Below are positions 19,964-29,011 of a stretch of 64,000 bases of DNA, in pieces; within the stretch, counting starts at the first letter, position 1; each line of letters begins with the position of its first letter. The notes beneath the pieces were generated by a model. The model did not search any database. It was not told where the DNA came from and worked only from the letters and a program-made list of their open reading frames with translations. The translations under genes were made by a program, and so were the position numbers. The DNA comes from Desulfomonilia bacterium (lineage in GTDB: Bacteria; Desulfobacterota; Desulfomonilia; UBA1062). The stretch covers positions 512,001-576,000 of the forward strand of contig CAXXDQ010000004.1 in the NCBI GenBank assembly GCA_963664325.2, written 5' to 3'.

Positions 19964-21232
19964 GTGGTGGTAAATGACAACAAGGAACACCTTGCCTTTA
20001 TTGTGGGCGAGGAAAGACGCTTCAAGGATATTATCCATGAAGCGGAAGTGCTGCCCATGCTTGAAGGTGCAGTTAAGGCTGGTGCCAGCCTGGCCCTTAT
20101 AAGGGATGATTCAGGGGAAGTCCTCTGGTCAGTCGGTGATTCGGCAGGAGTGCTCAAAGAAAGCCATAATATAGTTCTCGAAGGTGAACCAGTTGCGAAG
20201 CTAGAGATTCACGGCACTGACGGTACGGATATAAAGGGTATTACAAAGCTCCTGCGCCATTCCATCAATACGCTTATAAAAACAAACCTTAAGCGGATGC
20301 TTACTTCCGAGATACATACAACAATCATCAACCACTCCTATGACGAGCTTTTGAATATTAACAGGGAGCTATCTGCTTCAGAACAAAAATACAGGGAGCT
20401 GGCCGAAAGTCTCGAAGAAAAAGTAAAGGAACGTACCGAGGAACTCAGGCAGGCGCACTCCATTATGCTTCAACATGAAAAAATGGCATCCATAGGTTCG
20501 CTTGCAGCAGGGATTGCACATGAGATAAACAATCCGATGGGATTTATTTCAAGCAATCTGAGGACACTGTTCGCCTACTTCTCAAAGGCAAAAGATATGC
20601 TCGGATACTACAGAAGCGTTGTCTCTTCAGTACCCGACCTCATGAAAACAACGCAGGAAAAGTGGCGGCAGCTGAAACTTGATTTTGTGCTTGAGGATTC
20701 CGACAACCTTATCAACGAAAGTCTTAGCGGTGCCGAAAGAATAACCGTTATTGTAAAAAATCTGAGGGCTGTTTCGCATATCGATGATACTGAGACAGGG
20801 ATAATGGATATCAATTCGGAAATCGACAATATCATCATCCTTCTTACCCATGAGACACCTCCCGGAACTAAATTTATAAAAAATTATTCAATGATACCAG
20901 GGCTTCAATGCAAACTGGCCCTTCTGTCCCAGGCATTTTTAAATATACTGCTCAATGCCCTGCAATGCAGGCTGAATGATCTCGAAGTCACAATAACCAC
21001 ATCCTCGGACGGGGAATCTATATTTGTAACGATTGCCGATAATGGTCCCGGGATTCCTGAAGATATCAAAACCCGCGTATTCGAACCGTTCTTTACTACA
21101 AAAGAGGTCGGCAAAGGAAAGGGGCTTGGATTGACCACAGCATATGATGCCATCACCTCTCATAACGGCTCTATAGAGGTTGAAAATAAAAATGGTGCTA
21201 ATTTTTTAATAAAACTGCCGATAAGGGAATAA
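19964..21232 (+). CDS. Cytoplasmic sensor histidine kinase
   Basis: [45 protein letters not shown]; no TM segment. Confidence 0.92.
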   Translation: MVVNDNKEHLAFIVGEERRFKDIIHEAEVLPMLEGAVKAGASLALIRDDSGEVLWSVGDSAGVLKESHNIVLEGEPVAKLEIHGTDGTDIKGITKLLRHSINTLIKTNLKRMLTSEIHTTIINHSYDELLNINRELSASEQKYRELAESLEEKVKERTEELRQAHSIMLQHEKMASIGSLAAGIAHEINNPMGFISSNLRTLFAYFSKAKDMLGYYRSVVSSVPDLMKTTQEKWRQLKLDFVLEDSDNLINESLSGAERITVIVKNLRAVSHIDDTETGIMDINSEIDNIIILLTHETPPGTKFIKNYSMIPGLQCKLALLSQAFLNILLNALQCRLNDLEVTITTSSDGESIFVTIADNGPGIPEDIKTRVFEPFFTTKEVGKGKGLGLTTAYDAITSHNGSIEVENKNGANFLIKLPIRE

Positions 21233-21233
21233 T

Positions 21234-23645
21234 ATGGCGAAGTATTCAAGACTTTTTAAACAGGGACTACCTGAGCAGGTAGAAAATCAGGAAGAACTTC
21301 AGCCGGAGGCTGAAGCAAACGAAAGGTTTACCCTGCTCTTTGTAGACGACGAGGAGAATGTCCTCAAGGCATTGAAACGGGTTTTCCTGGAGGAAAACTA
21401 CAACCTCTTTTTTGCAGACAACGCAGACCAGGCCCTTGAGCTGATCGACAGGGAGGGTATCCAGCTTGTCATTTCGGACTTCAAAATGCCGGGCATGAAC
21501 GGGGTAGATCTTCTCAGGGAAATAAAAAAGAGAAGACCCGAAATAATCAGGATAATGCTGACAGGCCATGCGGATGTGCAGGCGGTAATGGGGGCCGTTA
21601 ATGAAGGAGCGGTGTATAAGTTCATTACCAAACCCTGGAGCGACGAGGATCTGAGGCTGTCGGTAAGCCTTGCGCTGCAGCAGTATGTCCTAGTGAAAGA
21701 GAACAAGATTTTAAAGGAAATCACAAAAAAACAGCAGATCAAGATAAAGAACTTCTCGGCACTGTATGACAAGGACAGAAAATCGCTTGGAAACATTTTA
21801 ATCAAGCAGGGCGTATTAAAGGCTGAAGACCTGGTAACGGCGCAAAAGGAAAAAAAGGACGATGAATTTATAATCGAAACAATCATCAGGCTGGGCATAG
21901 CGACTGATGCGAAGATAATCAAAGCCCTGCAAAGCCATCTGGGTATTGAGTTTATAGATATCAAGGAAACGCACATTAATCCCGGGATAGTCCGCTCGCT
22001 TCCAAAGGATTTCTGTGAACGCAGCAGGTTTATACCTGTAAGGCTTGAAGGAAACAACCTGACCGTTGCCATGGCTGACCCGTCAGATATTTTCTTAAGG
22101 GATAATATTGAATTCCTTACCGGATTAAAGGTATCCCCGCTGATAGCAGGGAGCGCCGACATCCTGAAGGCAATCAGGCAGTCCTATGGAGAAACGGAAA
22201 ACGGTCAGGATGATGATATTGATGTCATGACCGGAATCGAGCCGATGGACGAGATTGATATTGTCATAGATAATGACGATGAAAATATCAATGTTCAGGA
22301 ATTGCTTAACTCTTCGGAAGTTCCGCCGATTATCCGGGTTGTCAACGCAATCATATCGGAAGCGATCAGGTACAAGGCAAGCGATATTCACATAGAACCC
22401 AAAACAAAGTTTACACTTATCCGTTACAGGATAGACGGCATCCTGCACGCCAAGATCAAGCTGCCCATAGACTACCATGCATCGACGATCTCGAGAATCA
22501 AGATACTGTCGAAAATGGATATTTCGGAACGCCGCAAACCCCAGGACGGCAGATTTACGGTTAAATCGGGAACAAGGCTGGTTGATTTAAGGGTTTCAAC
22601 GCTGCCTACTATAAACGGTGAAAAAGCAACATTAAGAATCCTGGATAAAAGCGCTTCCATCAGACAGCTTCAAGACCTTGGCATAATACAGGATGATCTT
22701 GACAGAATCCATAACCTCATGCAAAGGCCCCAGGGAATAATCATTGCAACCGGGCCGACCGGAAGCGGCAAGACCACCCTTCTCTACTCAATACTCAACA
22801 CCATGATGATGCCCACCAAGAATTTTGAAACAATCGAAGACCCTGTGGAATACTTTCTTGAAGATGCAAACCAGGTCTATATCAAAGACAAGTTGGGCCT
22901 TTCTTTTGCCAATGTCCTTCGTTCAACGATGAGGCAGGACCCCGATGTGATACTGGTTGGCGAGATACGTGACCTTGAAACCGCCGATGTCGTTTTCAAA
23001 GCAGGTATGACCGGCCATATGGTCCTGACGACATTGCATACAAACAGCTCTGTCGCTTCCATTACAAGGCTTATTGACCTGGGTGTAAAACCTTACCTGA
23101 TATCGTCTACACTTGAAGGTATAGTTGCACAGAGGCTTGTAAGAAAGATATGCCGGTATTGTAAAGAAGAGGTTGAACCCGATACCGAGATGCTAAGGCT
23201 TTTAAACCTTACAAAAAAACAGGTAGGGGAAAAAGTATTCAGAGGCAGGGGATGCCAGCAGTGTAGCAACTCGGGCTATGGCGGCCGGGTAGGACTTTTT
23301 GAGATATTCACCATGAATGACGATTTCAGACACATCATAAGCAGCAACTACAAAGAGTCGGAAGTCTTGAGCCTTGCAACATCAACAGGCATGTACACAC
23401 TGATGGACGCTGGAATAGCAAAAGTAAAATCCGGTGACACGACCCTTGAAGAACTGATCCGCGTGCTTGGACCGCAGACCAGAAACGAATACAAATGCCC
23501 GTCCTGCAATGCCATGATAGATATGAAGTACCTTTTCTGCCCCTATTGCGGCAACTTCAAACACAATGTCTGCAAGGTATGTAAACTTCCATTGGAAGAG
23601 GAATGGGTTAAATGCCCGTTTTGCGGAGGACACAAGGACAAGTAA
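21234..23645 (+). CDS. Receiver-domain-fused PilB/GspE-family ATPase with C-terminal double zinc ribbon
   Basis: N-terminal REC (VDDE, SDFKMP, KPW); MshEN-like LGNILIKQGVL; Walker A GPTGSGKTT, TIEDPVEY, DPDVILVGEIRD, GHMVLTTLH, CRYC/CQQC; C-terminal CPSC-CPYC-CKVC-CPFC. Confidence 0.92.
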   Translation: MAKYSRLFKQGLPEQVENQEELQPEAEANERFTLLFVDDEENVLKALKRVFLEENYNLFFADNADQALELIDREGIQLVISDFKMPGMNGVDLLREIKKRRPEIIRIMLTGHADVQAVMGAVNEGAVYKFITKPWSDEDLRLSVSLALQQYVLVKENKILKEITKKQQIKIKNFSALYDKDRKSLGNILIKQGVLKAEDLVTAQKEKKDDEFIIETIIRLGIATDAKIIKALQSHLGIEFIDIKETHINPGIVRSLPKDFCERSRFIPVRLEGNNLTVAMADPSDIFLRDNIEFLTGLKVSPLIAGSADILKAIRQSYGETENGQDDDIDVMTGIEPMDEIDIVIDNDDENINVQELLNSSEVPPIIRVVNAIISEAIRYKASDIHIEPKTKFTLIRYRIDGILHAKIKLPIDYHASTISRIKILSKMDISERRKPQDGRFTVKSGTRLVDLRVSTLPTINGEKATLRILDKSASIRQLQDLGIIQDDLDRIHNLMQRPQGIIIATGPTGSGKTTLLYSILNTMMMPTKNFETIEDPVEYFLEDANQVYIKDKLGLSFANVLRSTMRQDPDVILVGEIRDLETADVVFKAGMTGHMVLTTLHTNSSVASITRLIDLGVKPYLISSTLEGIVAQRLVRKICRYCKEEVEPDTEMLRLLNLTKKQVGEKVFRGRGCQQCSNSGYGGRVGLFEIFTMNDDFRHIISSNYKESEVLSLATSTGMYTLMDAGIAKVKSGDTTLEELIRVLGPQTRNEYKCPSCNAMIDMKYLFCPYCGNFKHNVCKVCKLPLEEEWVKCPFCGGHKDK

Positions 23646-23782
23646 TATTTTTGGGGATTGTCATTGTTGTCGGGATTCATTAGAAGGATATCAGAATGAG
23701 CGTGGGTTTTGCAGCGCATAGAGCTTGCAGAACCGTTTTTACACCTGATTGTTAATTTTAAATCCAGATAAGGGATTTCCGG

Positions 23783-24640
23783 ATGTCCGAAGATAAAAAA
23801 GATTCTACCGGCAAGAAAAACAGAAAAGGGGCAGACCTTCGTTCGATAAAAACACCCAAACCGTTTTTACAGGTGATTGAAGGAATGAGGGATGCATCGC
23901 TTCCGAGGAATGCTGCTGAAAAGGCCCAGGAACTGATTTACGAGGCATGGGATGCAGACACATATGCCAAGAGGGTAGCGCTTGCTGAAAAAGCCATTGA
24001 AATATATCCTGACTGTGCCGATGCCTATGTCATGCTGGCCGAAGAGACGGCAGACCATCTCTTTGAGGCCATCGAGCTTTACCGGAAAGGGGTGGAAGCC
24101 GGTTCCCGAACAATAGGAAAAAAGCACTTTGATGAGATAGCTGGCCACTTCTGGGCCTATATCGAAACCAGGCCTTATATGAGGGCGAAGGCCGGACTGG
24201 CAGGATGCCTTTGGGAAGGCGGCCATTTTGACGAGGCCTTAAAGCATTACAGGGAGATGCTCCAGTTAAACCCCTCAGACAATCAGGGCATACGTTACAT
24301 AATTGCGGGTTGTCTCTTGTATCTCGGATTAGATGAAGAGCTTGAAGCTCTGCTGGGTAAATATGATGAGGTTTCATGTGAATGGCTTTATACAAAGTCC
24401 CTTTCGGCCTTCAAGAAGCGGGGGGATTCCATAGATTCACTCGGATTGCTCAGAAATGCTATCAAGGCAAATATGTTTGTTCCAATTTATCTGCTCGGCA
24501 GAAAGGAAATGCCTGAAATTCTTCCGGACATGTACAGTTTCGGGAGCGAGGATGAGGCCGTAGTTTATGTGGAAAGAAACGGCAGTATATGGAGAAAGAT
24601 CAAAGGTTCGCTGAACTGGCTGGCTAACCATTCAAAATAG
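23783..24640 (+). CDS. TPR-like helical repeat protein
   Basis: AQELIYEAWD, PDCADAY, ETRPYMRA, LQLNPSDNQGIRY pattern of a conserved TPR-like hypothetical family. Confidence 0.75.
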   Translation: MSEDKKDSTGKKNRKGADLRSIKTPKPFLQVIEGMRDASLPRNAAEKAQELIYEAWDADTYAKRVALAEKAIEIYPDCADAYVMLAEETADHLFEAIELYRKGVEAGSRTIGKKHFDEIAGHFWAYIETRPYMRAKAGLAGCLWEGGHFDEALKHYREMLQLNPSDNQGIRYIIAGCLLYLGLDEELEALLGKYDEVSCEWLYTKSLSAFKKRGDSIDSLGLLRNAIKANMFVPIYLLGRKEMPEILPDMYSFGSEDEAVVYVERNGSIWRKIKGSLNWLANHSK

Positions 24641-24663
24641 TCGAACAATAGAGACATATAACG

Positions 24664-25497
24664 ATGTCAACTTACATAATGCGGATTGACTGTCGGGATC
24701 GGAAGGGAATAATCCATGCCGTTACCGGTGTACTTCTCAAACACGGTTTTAACATCACCCAGAACGGGGAATTCGTCGACAGGGAACGCAAGCACTTTTT
24801 CATGCGTACGGAATTTACCGGCGTCAATCCCGCTACATTATCAACGGACATGCCGGACGCACTGCCCCGTGATGCCAATATTGAAATTACCGAGGCCAGA
24901 AGAAAAGATATAGTGGTGCTTGCCACAAAAGAACCGCATTGCCTCGGGGACCTTCTCATCAGACATGCCTTTGGAGAGATGAATGCAAGGATCAAGGCGG
25001 TTCTAAGCAATCAGGAAAGGCTTAGGCAGCTGGTGGAGAGTTTCGATATACCATATTTTTTTGTTCCGCATGAAGGTGTTTCCAGGGACGAACATGAAGG
25101 GCAGGTAGCCGCTTTAATCGACAAATTTGCACCAGACCATATAGTCCTGGCAAAGTACATGAGGGTTTTTACACCCGCGTTCGTTACGAGATATAAAAAC
25201 AGGATAGTCAATATACACCATTCTTTCCTGCCGGCATTCACCGGATCAAATCCGTATACCCAGGCTTATGAAAGAGGAGTGAAGATAATCGGCGCGACAG
25301 CACACTTCATTACAAATGACCTTGATGAGGGTCCAATTATTACGCAGGACGTCATACATGTAGACCACTCATACGGACCCGAAGAAATGCGACAGGCGGG
25401 AAGGGATGTCGAAAAGGTCGTCCTGGCAAGGGCCTTAAAGCTTGTATTTGAGAACAGGGTTTTTATAAACGGCAATAAGACGGTTATATTTGAGTAA
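24664..25497 (+). CDS. purU: Formyltetrahydrofolate deformylase
   Basis: ACT domain, LAKYMRV, NIHHSFLPAF, GVKIIGATAH, LDEGPII. Confidence 0.96.
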   Translation: MSTYIMRIDCRDRKGIIHAVTGVLLKHGFNITQNGEFVDRERKHFFMRTEFTGVNPATLSTDMPDALPRDANIEITEARRKDIVVLATKEPHCLGDLLIRHAFGEMNARIKAVLSNQERLRQLVESFDIPYFFVPHEGVSRDEHEGQVAALIDKFAPDHIVLAKYMRVFTPAFVTRYKNRIVNIHHSFLPAFTGSNPYTQAYERGVKIIGATAHFITNDLDEGPIITQDVIHVDHSYGPEEMRQAGRDVEKVVLARALKLVFENRVFINGNKTVIFE

Positions 25498-26128
25498 AGA
25501 GCCAGGGCCAGAGATACGGGTAAAGCCATATGCCGATATTGGCTGCCACGTGAAAGATATAACATGCCCAGATGCTGCCTCTCCATTCATATATGAATCC
25601 GAACATTAACCCGCCTGCAAGCTGGACAAACGACAGGCTGCCGTGCACCGATGCGAAAAAAACGGATGATAGGGCAATGGCCGCAAATGCCGGAACATAC
25701 TGTCTGGCCAGTGACTGAACCAGGCCGCGGAAAAAAAGCTCTTCAACGAACGGACCGATGAGGCAGCCCACAAAGAAGAACAGAAATGGATTACTCACAT
25801 GCTGTTTTTTCAGGAGAATACGCAGAATCCCTCCATGCATGATAAGCCTTGAGACAAGATCAGCTGAGAGCACAAATATGCCGAATATGGCTATGCAGCC
25901 AATCCCGACAAGAATCTCTTTTTTTGCAGATCTCGTTTTTATGCCTGACCCGTCAAAGGCTATAGCAATGATTATCGCAGTTTGAGCTAACCGGGCTATC
26001 AGGGTATAGAGAAAGGGGTTAATGCCGATATGCCCGTATAGAAGTCTCATGGCTACTTCGATTATTGAGACTCCCATGATAGCAGTTATTCTCCCGTTCA
26101 TTTGTTGCTTATATATCAATAAAGGCAT
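25484..26128 (-). CDS. CPBP (CAAX/Abi) family intramembrane metalloprotease
   Basis: PFVEELFFRG, FASVH, HVAAN motifs; multiple TM segments. Confidence 0.88.
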   Translation of the reverse strand: MPLLIYKQQMNGRITAIMGVSIIEVAMRLLYGHIGINPFLYTLIARLAQTAIIIAIAFDGSGIKTRSAKKEILVGIGCIAIFGIFVLSADLVSRLIMHGGILRILLKKQHVSNPFLFFFVGCLIGPFVEELFFRGLVQSLARQYVPAFAAIALSSVFFASVHGSLSFVQLAGGLMFGFIYEWRGSIWACYIFHVAANIGIWLYPYLWPWLFTQI

Positions 26129-26366
26129 TCATTGCCAGCCTGAGATAAGATGAACTCTGAGAGCTTTAAGGCAGAAGGCCGGGTCTTTATATATTGATGT
26201 CATGCATAAGCCCTCAATGGTGTCAAGTTGCCGGTCAAATGGACCTGACACCCCGCAGTACGCCAGAGAGCAATTAAATACCCATTAAACACTTTAATAT
26301 TAAATATTTATGCTAATGCTTTTCCCGATCCTTCCGATACAGATTATAGGATCGAGGGAGGATAAA

Positions 26367-26684
26367 ATGATCAGAATGCTAAAAATATCAGTGGGAATGG
26401 TTATTGTAATATTGTTTGCAGCCCCCTCTTTTGCTGACGAGAATTCCCCGCTTCAAATACAGATGGTCAGTTATCCTTATGAAAGTGATGCCGGCAGCGG
26501 CTCTCAGGTTGCACCGGGAAAAAGTTTCGAGCTGAATCTTAATGGTCCGATTATTAAAAACAGGGAAGCCGAACGTATAAATATGATGTCGGAACGCAAA
26601 CAGAAAAACAGAGAGTTATACAGGTATACGGAAATACCAAGTGACCATATGCATGCCGTGCAGCAGGGCTATGTCCCCTGGTGA
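26367..26684 (+). CDS. Secreted hypothetical protein
   Basis: GGAGG RBS before ATG 26367; signal peptide ending in SFA. Confidence 0.65.
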   Translation: MIRMLKISVGMVIVILFAAPSFADENSPLQIQMVSYPYESDAGSGSQVAPGKSFELNLNGPIIKNREAERINMMSERKQKNRELYRYTEIPSDHMHAVQQGYVPW

Positions 26685-26773
26685 GCTGTTTGTGCGCCCG
26701 GATGACCGGGTGCCATTACATGAATTGCCATAAAATGCTTCAGTTCTTGAGCCCGGTATTGAATATTAAGTTT

Positions 26774-27187
26774 CTACTCTGATCTCGGAAATTCCGAAGC
26801 ATACTTTTCTATCCATTCTTCCGCAGCCTTTTCTGCACTGATTATACGGCCTTCCCTGTGCTGAACATCCCTCCTGTAATGTTCAATCTGGCATATCTGT
26901 TCAACCATGCGGGCGCGGTATTCCGTATCGCTGTCAAAAAAATTCACGCCCACATCGTATCCGTCATCTGTTTTGTTGCACCATGCCACTCTGCCTTTTG
27001 CCCTGAATGCAGGCTTTATTATGGGAATGCTGAGCATAAGCTCCATTCCTTCTTTCAGAGAGACAGATGATCTGAAACAGAGGCCCCCCACGGAAACATT
27101 TGTCAGGTTGTTAATACCTATCGTTTTTGAGTCCCTGATGCGGTATTTTATCGGGATATCCGTCGGATGGCGTATAAATTCTCTCAT
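26774..27187 (-). CDS. PilZ-domain protein
   Basis: REFIR (RxxxR) and NVSVGG (D/NxSxxG). Confidence 0.88.
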   Translation of the reverse strand: MREFIRHPTDIPIKYRIRDSKTIGINNLTNVSVGGLCFRSSVSLKEGMELMLSIPIIKPAFRAKGRVAWCNKTDDGYDVGVNFFDSDTEYRARMVEQICQIEHYRRDVQHREGRIISAEKAAEEWIEKYASEFPRSE

Positions 27188-27354
27188 TTATACCTCCGCT
27201 GTATTCTGGATTGTATATTGAAATAATAACACCCTGTGACGAATATTCAAGAAAGCGTCTGATTCTGGAAAAAATATTTTATGCTGGCTTTTGGAAATCT
27301 GCTGCTTATATTTATTTTTTATAGAAATGTTTGCTTATATGAGGAGGATATTCG

Positions 27355-28779
27355 ATGCCTATTGTCGCTATGGTAGTCTTGCTTGGTTTGTTCACATTAT
27401 TGACAGGCTGCCCCAAGGATGACGGTTATATCGCTACCTGGCCGCAGGACCCTGTCGAATCCAGGGATTATGATGAAACAGGACCGGCCGGTTCTTTGCG
27501 GCTGAAGGCCCAGGAATACGATGCATGGCATCTCAAATGGCATCAGCCCTATTACGGGGGGTCTGTTCACATACGTTTCAAGGACGATGCGAGGACAGAA
27601 GTTGAGGCTGTTGACGGTTACGGCGACAGCACGATCTGGACAGGGACATATCTCGGAAGCCAGGCCTTCAGATATTATGTGACAGCAGACCCGCAGGCCA
27701 GGTCTAACGTGATACGCATTGTCAACACCCTGTCAGGCCATCTGCGGGTAACCGGAGCCGCCGGGTATATTTCAAGGTACTGGGCACCTCAGGATTCCCT
27801 CGGGTATTACGGTGATGAATGGTGCAGCCAATCGGACAGATGCCACAAGGTTGATACAGGACCCTTTGCGGGTGACTTCTGGTGGGGGCAGACCAGCAGG
27901 GATCAATACACGGGCTGGTTCTTCGGCATGGCGCTTGCCTATGACCTCCTCGATGATGAAGCCATGCGCTCAATCATCCGTGAGGATGTCGGGACTGTTG
28001 TGAAGACTCTTATGAAGAATGGGTGGATAATCATTGCCGAAGATGGAAAGCCAAGCCCGGTTGCGCCGGTTATACTGCCAAGCATGAAGCTCAATTTCTG
28101 CACTATCGGGTATCATATAACGGGCGATGAGACCATGAAGGAAGAGCTAAGCAGGATGCTTCTCAATGCCAACAGGGTAAATATCAGGGTGTCAGATATA
28201 AATTTTATGAACCGCTACACCCAGTACTACGGCAACAATCTTGCCCACACAAACTGGTACAATCTTTTGAGGTTGGGCAGGGTTTATTTCAGTGAAGACG
28301 ATTACAAATGGCTTTTAAGCGAGTTCAACAACTCCGTGCACACCTATACAAGGCTTACCCACAACCCCTGGTTCAACGGGATCTACATGGGACAGGGAGG
28401 GTGGAAGGATAAACCCGATGTCAGGTACTTCAATCAGCTTGTGCACGACCTCCTTGATTTTCGCAGTGTGCCGAATTGTGATTACTACCTGCCTGCCAGG
28501 GACCCATCGACCTATACTCTTGACCCTGTCTCCGTTATGCTTGCAAAGCTTTATGACAAGCAGCCCTGGCTTGAAGAGATAATGGGAGGTGTGGAGGCGC
28601 AGGCAGAAGATGCCTTTCCTGTCAGACAACAGTGCTCGGCGGGGTTCATGTTTCAGAAGAATCCTTTCGAGATCCAGGAGTGCGGTACGGACAACCCCAG
28701 GATGGTGCATTCGGGTGTGGATTATCTTGCGGCATACTGGCTTGCCAGCTATCACAAACTTGTTTCAATAGACATGTAG
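27355..28779 (+). CDS. Lipoprotein of unknown function, possibly (alpha/alpha)-barrel
   Basis: Lipobox LTGC; aromatic-rich helical sequence with GDSTIWTGTYL and TSRDQYTG motifs. Confidence 0.75.
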   Translation: MPIVAMVVLLGLFTLLTGCPKDDGYIATWPQDPVESRDYDETGPAGSLRLKAQEYDAWHLKWHQPYYGGSVHIRFKDDARTEVEAVDGYGDSTIWTGTYLGSQAFRYYVTADPQARSNVIRIVNTLSGHLRVTGAAGYISRYWAPQDSLGYYGDEWCSQSDRCHKVDTGPFAGDFWWGQTSRDQYTGWFFGMALAYDLLDDEAMRSIIREDVGTVVKTLMKNGWIIIAEDGKPSPVAPVILPSMKLNFCTIGYHITGDETMKEELSRMLLNANRVNIRVSDINFMNRYTQYYGNNLAHTNWYNLLRLGRVYFSEDDYKWLLSEFNNSVHTYTRLTHNPWFNGIYMGQGGWKDKPDVRYFNQLVHDLLDFRSVPNCDYYLPARDPSTYTLDPVSVMLAKLYDKQPWLEEIMGGVEAQAEDAFPVRQQCSAGFMFQKNPFEIQECGTDNPRMVHSGVDYLAAYWLASYHKLVSIDM

Positions 28780-28787
28780 TAGGTTGG

Positions 28788-28811
28788 AGTAGGCCTATAG
28801 GTCTGCTTTTT
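28788..28811 (+). terminator. Probable intrinsic terminator
   Basis: AGTAGGCC-TATA-GGTCTGCT stem with G:U pairs followed by T-run, 9 bp after the stop. Confidence 0.55.
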
Positions 28812-29011
28812 GTGGTTGCTCATATTTTTTATGATTCGGATGCCCAAAGATGGCGGGTATGTAGCACCATGGCTGCAAAATCCGGCTGAGGTCAGAGACT
28901 GTGATAAAAGGATTGCCGGCGGGCGGATGAGTCATAAGGCCGTTGAATATGACGAAAGGCATGCCAAGTGGCATCAGTCATACTAACGTATATGTCTGCA
29001 AATTTATTGGT

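Noticed and set aside
21398-22162. 254-aa minus-strand ORF
   Set aside because: Antisense to the REC-PilB gene; Ser/Ile-rich shadow.
26130-26280. Possible ncRNA (6S-like) upstream of the CPBP protease gene
   Set aside because: Only a short GGTGTCA/TGACACC stem is visible; no long rod structure or family motif could be confirmed without a covariance search.
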